A stretch of DNA of 64,000 bases from Candidatus Micrarchaeota archaeon. Lineage in GTDB: Archaea > Micrarchaeota > Micrarchaeia > Anstonellales > J096. The notes under the pieces were generated by a model. The model did no database searches. It was given only the letters and a program-made list of their open reading frames with translations, and was not told where the DNA came from. Positions 1-10,700 of the stretch are shown piece by piece (position 1 is the stretch's first letter; every line of letters begins with the position of its first letter). Location: assembly GCA_015522475.1 (NCBI GenBank), contig WAMF01000001.1:36054-100053 (forward strand). Reading direction: 5' to 3'. Both the position numbers and the translations under genes were made by a program.

Positions 1-81
1 GTGCTGAGCCGCTATTCTAGCAAACGTAGAGCCAGCAGGCCCAGCCCCTACGACGACAACATCCGTTTCTATATCAGCCAT
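1..81 (-). CDS. FAD-dependent oxidoreductase, probably geranylgeranyl reductase family (N-terminal part, runs off the window)
   Basis: Not in the ORF track. Reverse strand from ATG at 81 reads MADIETDVVVVGAGPAGSTFARIAAQH (GxGxxG FAD motif). Lies directly downstream of a ferredoxin. Confidence 0.75.
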   Translation of the reverse strand, partial: MADIETDVVVVGAGPAGSTFARIAAQH

Positions 82-129
82 ATTAACACCCAAACTTTCC
101 GTGCCTTCAGGCCAGCTCCTCAGGCCCGC

Positions 130-357
130 TTATACATTATACTTCTTCCTTACCTCTTCTGGGAGATCCTCGACGCGTTTTATGCCCTTGAACATCTCTA
201 TGACGTTGGCGGGGCATGCCTTGACACATAACCCACAATCGATGCATTTTTCAGGATACGTGGCTACGCGCGTCCCCCTCAACTCGATGGCAGAGGCGGG
301 GCACACAGAAGAGCAGCCTCCGCAGAATATGCACTCATCATGGTCTATAAGAATCAT
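130..357 (-). CDS. 2x[4Fe-4S] ferredoxin
   Basis: Two CxxCxxCxxxCP motifs. Confidence 0.92.
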   Translation of the reverse strand: MILIDHDECIFCGGCSSVCPASAIELRGTRVATYPEKCIDCGLCVKACPANVIEMFKGIKRVEDLPEEVRKKYNV

Positions 358-424
358 AAGCCGCCTTTTGTAGGCAAGTAGTTAAAAACATTTCCCGCAG
401 CTTTCGACAATTTAAAAATGAGCA

Positions 425-679
425 TCACGCGGATTTTTCCTTACTATATAACCTAGCTATTTGCATATATAGAGGGTACCTAATTTTCATATTCAAAGAT
501 AAAGATATGTTGTGTAAGTTATTAGCAGTTTCGTAGCGGTTAGAAGAGAGTGAAGATGAAAATCCTCGAATTAAGGGGTGCCTAGAAAGCACATAATTAA
601 TGTATTTGGAGTTCTGCCCCTCTCTCCCTTGTTGGACGCTTCGCCTTATTTTCTGACCTTGCTGGCTTCCGAACGTCAT
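425..679 (-). CDS. hypothetical protein
   Basis: 84-aa ORF with a GAGGG SD-like sequence before the ATG, filling an otherwise empty gap. No recognisable family. Confidence 0.35.
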   Translation of the reverse strand: MTFGSQQGQKIRRSVQQGREGQNSKYINYVLSRHPLIRGFSSSLSSNRYETANNLHNISLSLNMKIRYPLYMQIARLYSKEKSA

Positions 680-885
680 GTGAATCCCTCGTAGTCGTGG
701 TTAAGTGGTTAACACCTTCTTTAACATTATCTGCTTTGTCCGGGCTTTTACATTAAAACCCACACATATACACTATTATAAGTAGGAAATGTTTTTAAAG
801 CTGGCGCACGCTTTGTTTTAAAAATAGCACGGCATAATAGGGCTAAGGTGAGGGGTAGATGAGAAAAATGGAAAAAGGAGGCATA

Positions 886-1992
886 ATGAAGGGCTTTCGA
901 TTTTCTGGATCCATAGCTTTCCTCATGGTGGCTCTATTCATGGCCGGCTGCATGGGCGGGAATAAAAATGGCTCTGGCATATTCGGTGGTGGAAATAACG
1001 CCAACACATTAAACTTTACAGTCAAACTCACAGGAGAGAAAGCCCACATAGTCCCAAGAGAAATCGGCTCATCCAACAATGGTAATACGGGTAACATAGG
1101 GGGCAATGGGAGCTACAACCTTCCACCTGTATCTCACGCGGCTATAGCCAACTATTCATATGAGCCAAACGCCAACTTACGGATCCTCTTCTTTAATGTA
1201 AGTGAAGGGAAGACGTTTGGACAAGAACAAGGTAGGTTAGACCTTATATCAAAAGGCGACTTCGACGTAGCTGTAGTGAATGTGCCGGAGTCAAAGGAAG
1301 AAAAAACAGCTTATTACCTAACAAAGTACGCGGATGACATAGAGTATTTCATTGTGCCCTCGACATACAACATTGGTAGCGTGGAATACATACTAAAAAA
1401 TGTGCCCGTTGCAACCCTTGTCTTGCCTCAGTACAACGACGCTAGCATAGAAGAACTTGCAAACTATGCTAAGGCTCGCAATATAACAGTCATGTACGTT
1501 AAAGCAGGCAGCGAAATAGACGGGAACGGCATAAGCTTAAAGTTTACGTCGCCGTTCCCCGGCTTAGGCGAGGGGCCAGATGTGAATTCAGTTGCTTTTT
1601 ACCTGCTGGATAGAACTTTCACCATGTTCTTTGCCAACGATATAAACGACGCTGTAGCAAACAGAATGGTCACCTCCAATCTATACCAGAAGGTAGACAT
1701 AATGACAGTGCCTAAGTACGGCGTCGGCTCATTAAAGGCGGGCACAGTCTCTGCCATGACAGTCCTCATGAGTAAACTCCAGCCATCGGAGGCTATATTC
1801 GAAGGAAGTCCCATAAATTTCCAAACAGTGAGAGTTGAGGCGGATCCTCACAGCTACTACGTTAAGTACTTTGATTCTGTTGGGACAAAGGAGTACTCTG
1901 TTGGCAATGCAGGCATTCTCTCCATATATTACACGGGAACGAACTACACAATTAGCACTGCAGGTTCTTCCTCCTCAGCCTCCTCAGAATAG
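886..1992 (+). CDS. lipoprotein with a degenerate ComEC-like metallo-beta-lactamase fold
   Basis: Lipobox FMAGC and a Gly/Asn linker. LRILFFNV, NSVAFYL, MFFAND and VDIMTVPKYG follow the ComEC/MBL pattern, but the metal-binding His residues are absent. Alternative start at 859. Confidence 0.6.
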   Translation: MKGFRFSGSIAFLMVALFMAGCMGGNKNGSGIFGGGNNANTLNFTVKLTGEKAHIVPREIGSSNNGNTGNIGGNGSYNLPPVSHAAIANYSYEPNANLRILFFNVSEGKTFGQEQGRLDLISKGDFDVAVVNVPESKEEKTAYYLTKYADDIEYFIVPSTYNIGSVEYILKNVPVATLVLPQYNDASIEELANYAKARNITVMYVKAGSEIDGNGISLKFTSPFPGLGEGPDVNSVAFYLLDRTFTMFFANDINDAVANRMVTSNLYQKVDIMTVPKYGVGSLKAGTVSAMTVLMSKLQPSEAIFEGSPINFQTVRVEADPHSYYVKYFDSVGTKEYSVGNAGILSIYYTGTNYTISTAGSSSSASSE

Positions 1993-2079
1993 AAATTCAG
2001 AATAGGAATAAACTATAAGTAATAAACCATAATGAAGGTAATAAAGAGGTATAAACACCTTAGGCATCTTAAAAGTGTT

Positions 2080-2763
2080 ATGATGACATCAAAAACAACG
2101 GTTGTGGTTTCGCTCGGCGGTAGCGTCATAAACCCCCAAGAGCCCGACGTAAAGACGATAAGGACTCTAGCCAAGGTTTTCAACAGCTTTAAGGGACGCT
2201 TGGGCATTGTAACAGGTGGCGGCAGCTATGCGCGTGTCTATGCCAATGCTGTAAGAGAGCTCTCTAGAAATGAGTTTTTGGCAGACGAAGTAGCCATTCT
2301 AGAGACGCGCCAAAATGCTCAGCTCATTATCTCTGCTCTAAAAGATGTGTGTCCCTATGCGCCAGAGGACTTCAAAAAAGCCACGTCCTTACTGAATACA
2401 TATAAAACGGTGGTTATGGGCGGAACCATACCGGGTATAACGAGCGACGCCGACGCTGTAATGCTAGCGGAGGTTGTTAAAGCAAAGCGTATAGTGAACA
2501 TAAGCAACATCGACGCTGTTTATGATAGAGACCCAAGGCAAAAAGGGGCAAGAAAGCTGCCTAAAATGACACATGCCGAACTTGTTAAGATGGCAGAGCG
2601 CTTTGATAAAAGAAAAGCAGGAACACACTTTATATTTGACGTGCTAGCGGCAAAGCTCGCAGCTAGATCAGGCATAGAAGTGCACTTCGTCAACAAAGAA
2701 GCAAAAAACGTTAAGGCGGCCTTAGAAGGGAAGAGGCACAAAGGAACGATTGTAAGAGGCTAG
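2080..2763 (+). CDS. pyrH: UMP kinase
   Basis: VVSLGGSV, GIVTGGG, MGGTIPGITSD and VYDRDP motifs of archaeal UMP kinase. Confidence 0.93.
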   Translation: MMTSKTTVVVSLGGSVINPQEPDVKTIRTLAKVFNSFKGRLGIVTGGGSYARVYANAVRELSRNEFLADEVAILETRQNAQLIISALKDVCPYAPEDFKKATSLLNTYKTVVMGGTIPGITSDADAVMLAEVVKAKRIVNISNIDAVYDRDPRQKGARKLPKMTHAELVKMAERFDKRKAGTHFIFDVLAAKLAARSGIEVHFVNKEAKNVKAALEGKRHKGTIVRG

Positions 2764-2845
2764 CACCCAAATTTAGAGAAGAAGAGTATTTTTAGCGGAA
2801 GGGTATTAAGAGATTCAAAGGAACGCCAGAAGCCACGAGATCTTC

Positions 2846-3799
2846 TTATTCTTGATCTATATATACCTTTTTCTCCCTTGCAAAGTATATATGCTCAAGT
2901 TTGAATACTTCTTTTATGTAATCAAAGCCCCTCTTTACTTCTTTGTAAAGTTCCTTCGCTCTTTCTGTAGAAAATTTGACCCCAGTTTTTTCATCCCATA
3001 CCTTGTCAAACCGTCTGGCGAACACCAAAAGCGCGTCAAGAGTTGTCTGTTGCATGCGAACATACCACAAGGGGATAAAATGCAAGAGGGGATAAAAAGC
3101 CACAGGTATGACTCTTTTCTCGTAAACCATGTCCGCGTGCGTTTCCCTTTCCTTATCCTCCTTATAAGTGTTGTCTAGGACCAACAGCTCATCTCTCTTA
3201 CCAAGAAGCTCTACAAAAGCTCGGGGCAGCTTATAAGGAAGCTTCATTATCTCAAAATCCAGCTTAAAAAGATGCTCTAAGTTGAAGGCCTCAAAAAACG
3301 CCTTGTGAATGATTGAGACCTTTCCAAGTAAAAATGTGCCTTCTAAATTATCCTTAACAAAAAGAGCTACCACAGACTCATTGAACAAAAAGGGCACAAT
3401 CCCTGTAAGATAAAAGTGCTTTCTAGCAAGAAGAGGTAAAACAGAAACAACATGAGAAAGCTCTTCTTTGTTTGAAGGTAAAGGAAGAAAGAGTGCCACT
3501 TTGGTCCAACGCGGCCAATGGTTGGCCTGCCTTTGTTTAAGAAACTCGCGAATGGTCTTATTCAAAACTATCTTATATGTTTTGTAGTCAACATGAGACG
3601 GGCTCGACGGTGGAAAGATTACAGCTATAGAATAACCTTTAAAGATGCTAATTTGAAAACGAAGTTTATGTGTTTCTCCGTCGAGCTCTTGCCATATGGC
3701 AGTGCTTACTCTTTCTTCAGAGAGGTATATATCAAATATGGCCGGGCGTGCTAATATGTTCGTTTTGGCCAAGCGATGTCCATGCTTAAATACACACAT
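2846..3799 (-). CDS. hypothetical protein
   Basis: 317-aa ORF with no recognisable motif. Confidence 0.65.
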   Translation of the reverse strand: MCVFKHGHRLAKTNILARPAIFDIYLSEERVSTAIWQELDGETHKLRFQISIFKGYSIAVIFPPSSPSHVDYKTYKIVLNKTIREFLKQRQANHWPRWTKVALFLPLPSNKEELSHVVSVLPLLARKHFYLTGIVPFLFNESVVALFVKDNLEGTFLLGKVSIIHKAFFEAFNLEHLFKLDFEIMKLPYKLPRAFVELLGKRDELLVLDNTYKEDKERETHADMVYEKRVIPVAFYPLLHFIPLWYVRMQQTTLDALLVFARRFDKVWDEKTGVKFSTERAKELYKEVKRGFDYIKEVFKLEHIYFAREKKVYIDQE

Positions 3800-3832
3800 G
3801 CTTCCATAAATTATTACTTGTATTTTTAAGCT

Positions 3833-4351
3833 TTAGCCTTTGAGCCGTCTGCTCTTAGCTATTTGGTTTATCAGCTTCCCTTCCTTTAACAGACTACAGC
3901 CTAACACTCGTCCTCGAGCATCAGCTACAATAACATAACCTCTCATCCCCTCTACAGGCTGATAGAAACTGTTTTTATCTAAATCTCTGCCTAGGGCAAA
4001 AGCTTTGGCATCTTCTGAGCTTTTAATGAATACAACATTCCTAATAGCGAGCTCGCCTATAAGCTGAAGAAGGTTTGAGCTTGGCTTCACGTTTGCTGAA
4101 TTGCTGCCTACAGTGCCAGCTGGCAAGCCCACGCGCTCCAGGGCAACATTGCGCGTACTTGGCAACTTGAGTAAAGGCTTTGAAAGGGCGAACCAGCGCT
4201 TCCCTTTCCTTAAGAACTCCAACCATGATGGCGAAGAAATACCAAAACGTTCCTTTAGATAGTCTGCAAAAAATGTGTGGGAGGAGTAAAAAGACGAAGA
4301 GCTCTGCTCTTGTCCATCATCTGCAAGCTCACTGCTGGTATTATTGCTCAA
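3833..4351 (-). CDS. NIP7/RsmF C-terminal-like pre-PUA/PUA RNA-binding protein
   Basis: RVGLPAG...KPSSNLLQ...AFALGRD...GYVIV...VLGCS pattern. Confidence 0.7.
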   Translation of the reverse strand: MSNNTSSELADDGQEQSSSSFYSSHTFFADYLKERFGISSPSWLEFLRKGKRWFALSKPLLKLPSTRNVALERVGLPAGTVGSNSANVKPSSNLLQLIGELAIRNVVFIKSSEDAKAFALGRDLDKNSFYQPVEGMRGYVIVADARGRVLGCSLLKEGKLINQIAKSRRLKG

Positions 4352-4613
4352 CCTTAACCTCCCCGCCTTTTATGACTGTTTGACAGAGAAGCCTTTGATT
4401 GGGCTTAGCCCCAAACATCTCAAGCGTTTGCTTTTCTTTCTCAGACGGAGGCTCCAAATTCTCTGCACCTTCTATGATTGTCGAGAGACAACTTCCACAA
4501 ACACCTTCTTCACAGGCAAAAAGAATAGAGCACTTCCCATTGAGTGCACTAAGTTTGCTGCCATCGGGAACGTCAACCCACTTGTCATCATTCTTTACGT
4601 ATACGCGTGCCAT
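4341..4613 (-). CDS. [2Fe-2S] ferredoxin
   Basis: CEEGVCGSC and RLLCQ motifs. Confidence 0.92.
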   Translation of the reverse strand: MARVYVKNDDKWVDVPDGSKLSALNGKCSILFACEEGVCGSCLSTIIEGAENLEPPSEKEKQTLEMFGAKPNQRLLCQTVIKGGEVKVEQ

Positions 4614-4622
4614 GGCAAGGGC

Positions 4623-5090
4623 TTACTTAGAACGTTTTAAAAATCTAGCTATGGGCTTTATGGCAATCCCAAAATAGACTAGCTTGTGATGCCGTCCATC
4701 CTTTGTTTCTAAGATTGCATATATAAGGCTATGATCCTCAACCTCATCGTAGTTGTAGAATGCGAGAGCTTTTCTCTCACCAAGCCCATGTGTGTATACA
4801 ATTTTTGAAGAGACTATTGATAGGATTTTACCGTTGAAATGACTGTAAACAGTTACAGGAGCTATAGAAAGGCCTGAGCTCCTTCCTACGATCTTATTCA
4901 TAAGACCAGCAACCATGAGTCCATCGAAGTCTTCGACGAGATTAAAAAGTGAGGCATAGACAGCTCCCTTACTTCCATCTTTAACGGCATTTAGTGCAAA
5001 GCTGTATGCACTGCCTTCAAACTTAACAAACATGTTGGAAACGCCGGCTATTGCCAAGCCAGAAAACGCCTTCCCACTCGTCAGAAACAA
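4623..5090 (-). CDS. hypothetical protein
   Basis: 155-aa ORF tightly packed in a minus-strand run. Confidence 0.6.
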   Translation of the reverse strand: MFLTSGKAFSGLAIAGVSNMFVKFEGSAYSFALNAVKDGSKGAVYASLFNLVEDFDGLMVAGLMNKIVGRSSGLSIAPVTVYSHFNGKILSIVSSKIVYTHGLGERKALAFYNYDEVEDHSLIYAILETKDGRHHKLVYFGIAIKPIARFLKRSK

Positions 5091-5401
5091 CGAAAAGGCG
5101 TTCCCTTCTCCTTTGCCAAATACCGACGTCCAAGAGGCAAGAGCTCCCTAAAAGTTTCCACTTCATTCACTGCGGCTAGAGAAAGACCGTCTAGCTCTTC
5201 GACGACGTTTTTAAACTTAAGCTTAAACCCCTTAAACCCTTTAAAACGTGCAAAAAGAGATTGGGAGAACCTTGCCTTCCGAATCCTTGAGTTTTGCAAG
5301 AGTTCCAAAAAGCGCGATTTTATTTGTTGGTTTTTCTCTTCATAAATCCGTCTAACTTCCCCCTTAAAGACGGATTTGTATTGGCGGGCGAGGCTGGACA
5401 T
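5081..5401 (-). CDS. hypothetical protein
   Basis: 106-aa basic ORF overlapping the start of the next gene. Confidence 0.5.
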   Translation of the reverse strand: MSSLARQYKSVFKGEVRRIYEEKNQQIKSRFLELLQNSRIRKARFSQSLFARFKGFKGFKLKFKNVVEELDGLSLAAVNEVETFRELLPLGRRYLAKEKGTPFRCF

Positions 5402-5426
5402 GTAGACTTTTAGAATTAGGTGGTTT

Positions 5427-5969
5427 TTAAGCTTTTCGCCTCCTTGGGCCTTTTCGCCCTCTAAATAAATCCGGCCGCTTTTTCTTTATGGCCGAGAGGA
5501 AGTTATCTGCATTTTGATATAGAAAATAAGGGAGACGAAGTTTGTCACCGTCAGCAAGCGAAATTATTACCATCCGAGGCTCATGAGAGTGAATGCTTAT
5601 GTGCATGATGTCTTCCCAATTTACCCATCGCCATTCTGAGAAAATTTGATACCATATGCCTTTGGGATAAAGCTCCACACTGAAGACAGATGTCAAGAAA
5701 AAGTGTATAATAACAAGAGGCACACCTACAACAACGACTATGACAACGACAAAGACAAAGATACTGATTAAAAGACTAGCAACACTGAAGATATCTGTAT
5801 TCAGCAGTATAGTGAACCCCGTAAATCCAAACAAGACCAAAACAGGAAGTGAGAGGAGAATTGTGAGAAGCATGGCTAGGAATATTAAGATATGTACATG
5901 TGGCTTAGCCTTAACAACAAGTTCTGCATTACTTCTCCCAGATACAGTCTTGCCCCTTAGAGCTGTCAT
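5427..5969 (-). CDS. membrane protein with C-terminal bacterial PH-like domain
   Basis: Two TM segments, then YPKGI...VNWEDI...YQNADNFL. Paralog of 6282..6824. Confidence 0.7.
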   Translation of the reverse strand: MTALRGKTVSGRSNAELVVKAKPHVHILIFLAMLLTILLSLPVLVLFGFTGFTILLNTDIFSVASLLISIFVFVVVIVVVVGVPLVIIHFFLTSVFSVELYPKGIWYQIFSEWRWVNWEDIMHISIHSHEPRMVIISLADGDKLRLPYFLYQNADNFLSAIKKKRPDLFRGRKGPRRRKA

Positions 5970-6132
5970 AGATCGATCAAAATGATGAGGAGGGAAACAT
6001 TTAAAGGGAGAGGGGAGGATTTATATAAGCCTCTTGGAAACTTTATGGAAATCAATTGAAGTCAATTAAAGCACACGCTATTTAAAGCTTCTCTCGCTAA
6101 AAATAAATACAAAGATGTAAGCACAGGAAAAT

Positions 6133-6215
6133 GCCGGGGTGGCGGAGTGGTTATCGCGCCGGACTCGAGATCCGGTGCCCGCAAGGGCACAAGGGTTCGA
6201 ATCCCTTCCCCGGCG
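6133..6215 (+). tRNA. tRNA-Ser(CGA)
   Basis: Cloverleaf with anticodon arm CCGGA-CTCGAGA-TCCGG, long variable arm and GGTTCGAATCC T-arm. Confidence 0.96.
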
Positions 6216-6281
6216 CTCTCTGCCTAACGAACACTAATAGATATATGGTCAACTTGCCCAATACTTCATATGGCCAAAAAG

Positions 6282-6824
6282 CTAGCGACATGCATTTGGT
6301 ACTTTCTCGAGAAGAGTTTGAATGAGCTCATTGGCGTTCTTGTAATCCACGGTGTTCAATATAATTTCCTTTCCATTGTAAAGCCTAAGAGATAGAGTGC
6401 CAAAGCCCGACGGGGGCAACTTTGCCTCTTCTATCTGCCGCCAATTTACAGTATGCCATCCGAAGAGATCTCTATATTCTATACCTTCAGGATAAACGCG
6501 TATCTTAAGCAGGACCTTTTCCAGCATAAAGATCAAGGAACAAACAACAAAGGAAAAGTAAAGAATAATTTCAAAAAGCTGTTGCCAAGAGAGTTTTGCA
6601 TTAAGAAAGCCTGTAGGCGAAGACCATGTAAAAGATGGTTGGGCACGGTAAAGCCAAATACTTAGAAGATAGAAGAGAATGGCATCCACGATTAAAAGAA
6701 GTATGATCCCAATATATCCTCCAAGCCACATAGTGGGTTTAAGTTCAACTACAAAGGAACCTGTGGGTTGCTTTTTCTCATAGCCCTCCATAAGAGGGTA
6801 TTCAACCGAAGAATTTAAAGGCAC
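6282..6824 (-). CDS. membrane protein with C-terminal bacterial PH-like domain
   Basis: Two TM segments, then YPEGI...VNWRQI...YKNANELI. Paralog of 5427..5969. Confidence 0.7.
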   Translation of the reverse strand: MPLNSSVEYPLMEGYEKKQPTGSFVVELKPTMWLGGYIGIILLLIVDAILFYLLSIWLYRAQPSFTWSSPTGFLNAKLSWQQLFEIILYFSFVVCSLIFMLEKVLLKIRVYPEGIEYRDLFGWHTVNWRQIEEAKLPPSGFGTLSLRLYNGKEIILNTVDYKNANELIQTLLEKVPNACR

Positions 6825-6867
6825 TGCCTACATTTTTAAACATTCTCTTGCATAAAAGGGAAGTAAT

Positions 6868-6965
6868 CCCGCCGTAGCTCAACGGTAGAGCGCCCGGCTG
6901 TAGTTTGTCGCCGCGAAGGCTAAGTGGTTACCGGGAGGTTGGCGGTTCAAATCCGCCCGGCGGGA
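6868..6965 (+). tRNA. tRNA-Tyr(GTA) with 26-nt intron at 37/38 (6904..6929)
   Basis: CCCGG-CTGTAG[intron]A-CCGGG with relaxed bulge-helix-bulge; T-arm GGTTCAAATCC. Confidence 0.93.
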
Positions 6966-7046
6966 CTCATATTTTTAGATGCTCATTATACCTTGTTTCC
7001 CTTCGCTGTTATGTCACTCTGTTACTTTTCCACTTTCATTGCTTCG

Positions 7047-7583
7047 TTACTTTGGCGGCTCTGGTTTCCTCTGCCCCACATAGCGCCCATATTCGTCGTA
7101 GGCTTTTTCCACGGGCGAAGAGAGTTTAAAGAAGGCGAGCTGAGCTATCCTCATACCTGGAAAAATTTTCACAGGGTTAGGATTCACAGAATACATTTCC
7201 AATGTGATGATTGAAGGCTGCTTCTCTCCAAAACCCGCATGTATAAGACCAGCCGTTACATGAACCATAAGGCCTAATCTACCCACGGAGCTCCGCCCCT
7301 CAATCTGAGCAGCTACGCTTTTTCCTAGTCTTACTTTTTCAAGTGTCGAGCCGAGAATTAACGTGCCAGATGTAAGCTCAAAGCCTCCTTCTATAGAAAC
7401 CTCTTTCCAAAAATTCGCTGGCTTAAGGGCATATATGGCCTTGCCTATATTCTCTGCCACCAAAATTGAAGAGCCCAAACGAACGTCTAGGGAGTTTCCC
7501 CCTAACAAAGATTTATCAAAAGGCTCTATGCTTATCTCTCCAGCCTCGATTAAATAGAGTATATCCTGCCTGCTTAATAGCAT
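7047..7583 (-). CDS. dcd: dCTP deaminase
   Basis: SLDVRLG, EGRSSVGRLG, ITLE and GMRIAQL motifs. Confidence 0.93.
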   Translation of the reverse strand: MLLSRQDILYLIEAGEISIEPFDKSLLGGNSLDVRLGSSILVAENIGKAIYALKPANFWKEVSIEGGFELTSGTLILGSTLEKVRLGKSVAAQIEGRSSVGRLGLMVHVTAGLIHAGFGEKQPSIITLEMYSVNPNPVKIFPGMRIAQLAFFKLSSPVEKAYDEYGRYVGQRKPEPPK

Positions 7584-7747
7584 GGCATCTCTTTGAAAAG
7601 AAGGGTTTAAAGCAGTGAGCCCAAAAGCTCAGTTTAAACTCACAAAAGCAAAAAAGAAAAACGAAAAGTGAACATACCCTGCACTGCACCCAAACCAACC
7701 TTTGGGTTATTCTATAGCTTAGCATCCAGAGAAGTTATCCAGGAGAA

Positions 7748-10700
7748 TTAAAACGTTGGCGGATTTTCATTCCCAGGCTCTTCTGCTTCGCCAGCAACCC
7801 TTGTAACTCCTGCTTGTTCATTTCCCTCTTCTTCATTAACTCCCTTTTTCTCACTTTGCCTCCTACCTCTGCGCTTCACAACATACCGAATAACCACTAT
7901 AAGGGCTAGAACAACCAAAATAGCTCCGCCTATAACGTAGTTAGAAACGGCCTTCTCTAAACCCAAGTTAGCCACTTCTATGCCTACATTGTCTATGGAT
8001 TTATGTGAGACCACGACGACATGGTATTTGCCCTTAGGTAAGTTCCTTAACTCAAGTGTCTCGTTGCCACTGCCTTCCTTCTCCATAATGAGCTTATTGC
8101 CCAAGTAAACTTTGGCTGTATATGAGCCCTTGACTTTGGGCTTTACGTATATGATAGCTTGACTTTGGACATTGAAGTCCACTGTTTTTGTATGTACGGT
8201 TGGTTTTTCTTCTGGCCTTACTTTTACAAGCGTGGTTGTGGTTTGTTTGATGGGCATATTGCTTGTGTACATGTAGCTGCCAGCTGACGGAGGTATAAAT
8301 GTAGCTTCGCCATCTTCATTTGTTTTCAGAGACCACGTGCCTTTGTCAGATACGGCTTTTATGTTAATATTAGAGGCAGGTGAGCCATCCTGGTATGTTA
8401 TGTGTATAATTATTTTGTCGCCAACGTACGCTTGGGAAGGTGCGCTTATTACAAGGGACTTTTCCGTTGTGTTGACTGAGAGGCCACCACTGGATGAGCT
8501 GCCGCCTTGAGGTTGTGTTGTTGGAAGGATGATTTCAGCCATCTTTTGTGCGCTTATATTCTTGTAAGTGGCTTTTATAGTGTAGTTGCCGCTTTGGTTT
8601 ATGCTGAGTGTTATTGTGCCTTTGGAATCTGGGTGTCCTGAGTAACTTATATTTTCTCCGCTTATCCTCACAGTAACATCTGTTGGATTTATACTCTCAT
8701 TGTCTTTATAGAGTGTTGTGTATATAGATAGCAAGGCTTTCTCTGTGTTGTAATTCCAAGCTAGCTTTAAGTTGTACGTCGGCTGTGCTTTTTTGGGCTT
8801 TTCTGGAGCCGTGTATGTAAAGGTTGTTTCTGCTCTTTTGTATCCACTCTTTGTAGCCGATATTTTGTACTTAGCTGGGTAAGGCAAGGTGAATGTAACC
8901 TCTCCTTTGTCATCTGTTGTTGAGCTTTTTATGTAAAAAGGCGTGTCTGGAGGTGTATCCACTTGCCTAAGAACGACATGCGCATCCCATACATCTCTGC
9001 CATCAGAAGTTACATAGACTATTAACGATGAGTTTTTGAGTGTGTAATTGATGGACAAGGGTTTTTTGTGTTTTTTGGGTTTGGGTGGGGTTGGTGGTGA
9101 AGGTGGTTGGTTGAGAAGAGAACAGTTAAGCATCTCTATCGTGTTGTTTGTGCCAAGGTCTGTCATGTTGCCGTAGTTGTGCTCGCCTGTGTTGTTAGTT
9201 GTATTCTCATCCAAATAAAGACCAACAGTTGGAGCTCCACAAAGATTATTGTAGGAAATGTTGTTAAAGGTTGAATTGTGTATTGTGCCACCACTATTAC
9301 TTGTTCCCAGATATATAGAATCTCCTTTGGAGATAATAGTATTGTTTAGGATATTATAAAAAGAAATCCCTGTAAGATAAACTCCATGGCTAGCATTAGA
9401 TAGTGTATTTCCTTGAATTGTTCCACCACTACCCACATCAAAATAGATAGTAAAGGGGCCATCCCCTACAGATATGTTGTTACTTATCAGAGATGTATTA
9501 ACCGCATTGTATAGGTAAAGCGTGCTTAGGTCTGTATGGTTAGCTGTAATTGTGTTATTAAATATTGTACTGTTCTGAGAGAAAAGAAGAAACTCGGCAA
9601 AGCTTGGCCAACCCGTTACAAAACTGGGTGTTAAAATAGTTGAAGCTGTAATGTTATTGTTGGAAATATTTACATTATTGCCTCCAACCAAAATGCCAGA
9701 ACCGTTTACATAGGATATTATGTTAGAAGTTATTGAATAGTTATTACCTGGTTGGAAATTGGATATGTCATGCTCAAGAAGTAGAGCAAGACCATATGTA
9801 TAATTCAATGTGTTGTTAAATATGTTGACATTATCTACTGAAATATTCATACCGACGCCATAAGTGTATGTTAAAGTGTTTCCAAAAATGGATGCATTAG
9901 TAGACACAGAACCAAAAGAGATGCCTGTCCCATTGACGTAATTTAGGCGATTGTTAAAAATGTAAGTATTATTGCTCTCTAATGCAAGAATGGAATTAAC
10001 ACGGGTTAAAGATGTAGAATTAAGTGTATTATTAGCAATCACCGAATGATTGGAACTAACATAAATACCTCCATAATATAAGTTTCCAAAAAGGATAGTA
10101 TTGTTTGTTATAGTTAGGTTTGCAAATTCAAGAAGAATCCCCGCAACGCCAGAATAAGAAGACATGAGATTGTTTGAAATGGTGGGAGTATATATAAGGT
10201 TGTTCTTGACGCATGCAGAATTGTTTGCTCCAGCACCATAGCTATAAGTATAGACTCCATATAATAAATTAGTGGAGTTGATAACACATTCTTCCATTTG
10301 GAAAGAATGCCCTCCATAATATCCTTCTACACCTGTCCTAGTATTATTAAATGTGACATTGTTTACGATAATATTATTGACATAAGTCATGAAAATTCCG
10401 TCTGAAGATGTTTCATTTGATCCCTGAATGGTCACATTCTCAACAGATATATTATCATTTCCACAGAAAATAAGCTCTGCATATGTGCCATTTGTTAGGT
10501 GTACTTGTGAATCAGACGAGTAAAAAATGGGATTGCTATTATACCCTGTATTATTGTATATATTTACATCATAGCATCCATTCTTATCGGACGTTGAGGG
10601 AAGGCCAAACAAGATGTCAATTACATTATTATAAAAGCGATTTGATGATATGGTAAGGTTGGAAGTTTCAAGATGAAAGGAAATACCTTCAACATTACTA

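Noticed and set aside
4623-5090. Pyruvoyl-dependent arginine decarboxylase
   Set aside because: Only the first residues resemble it, and the NL..SS cleavage motif is absent.
6131-7214. Short ORFs overlapping tRNA-Ser and tRNA-Tyr
   Set aside because: Shadow ORFs of tRNA genes and antisense to real CDSs.
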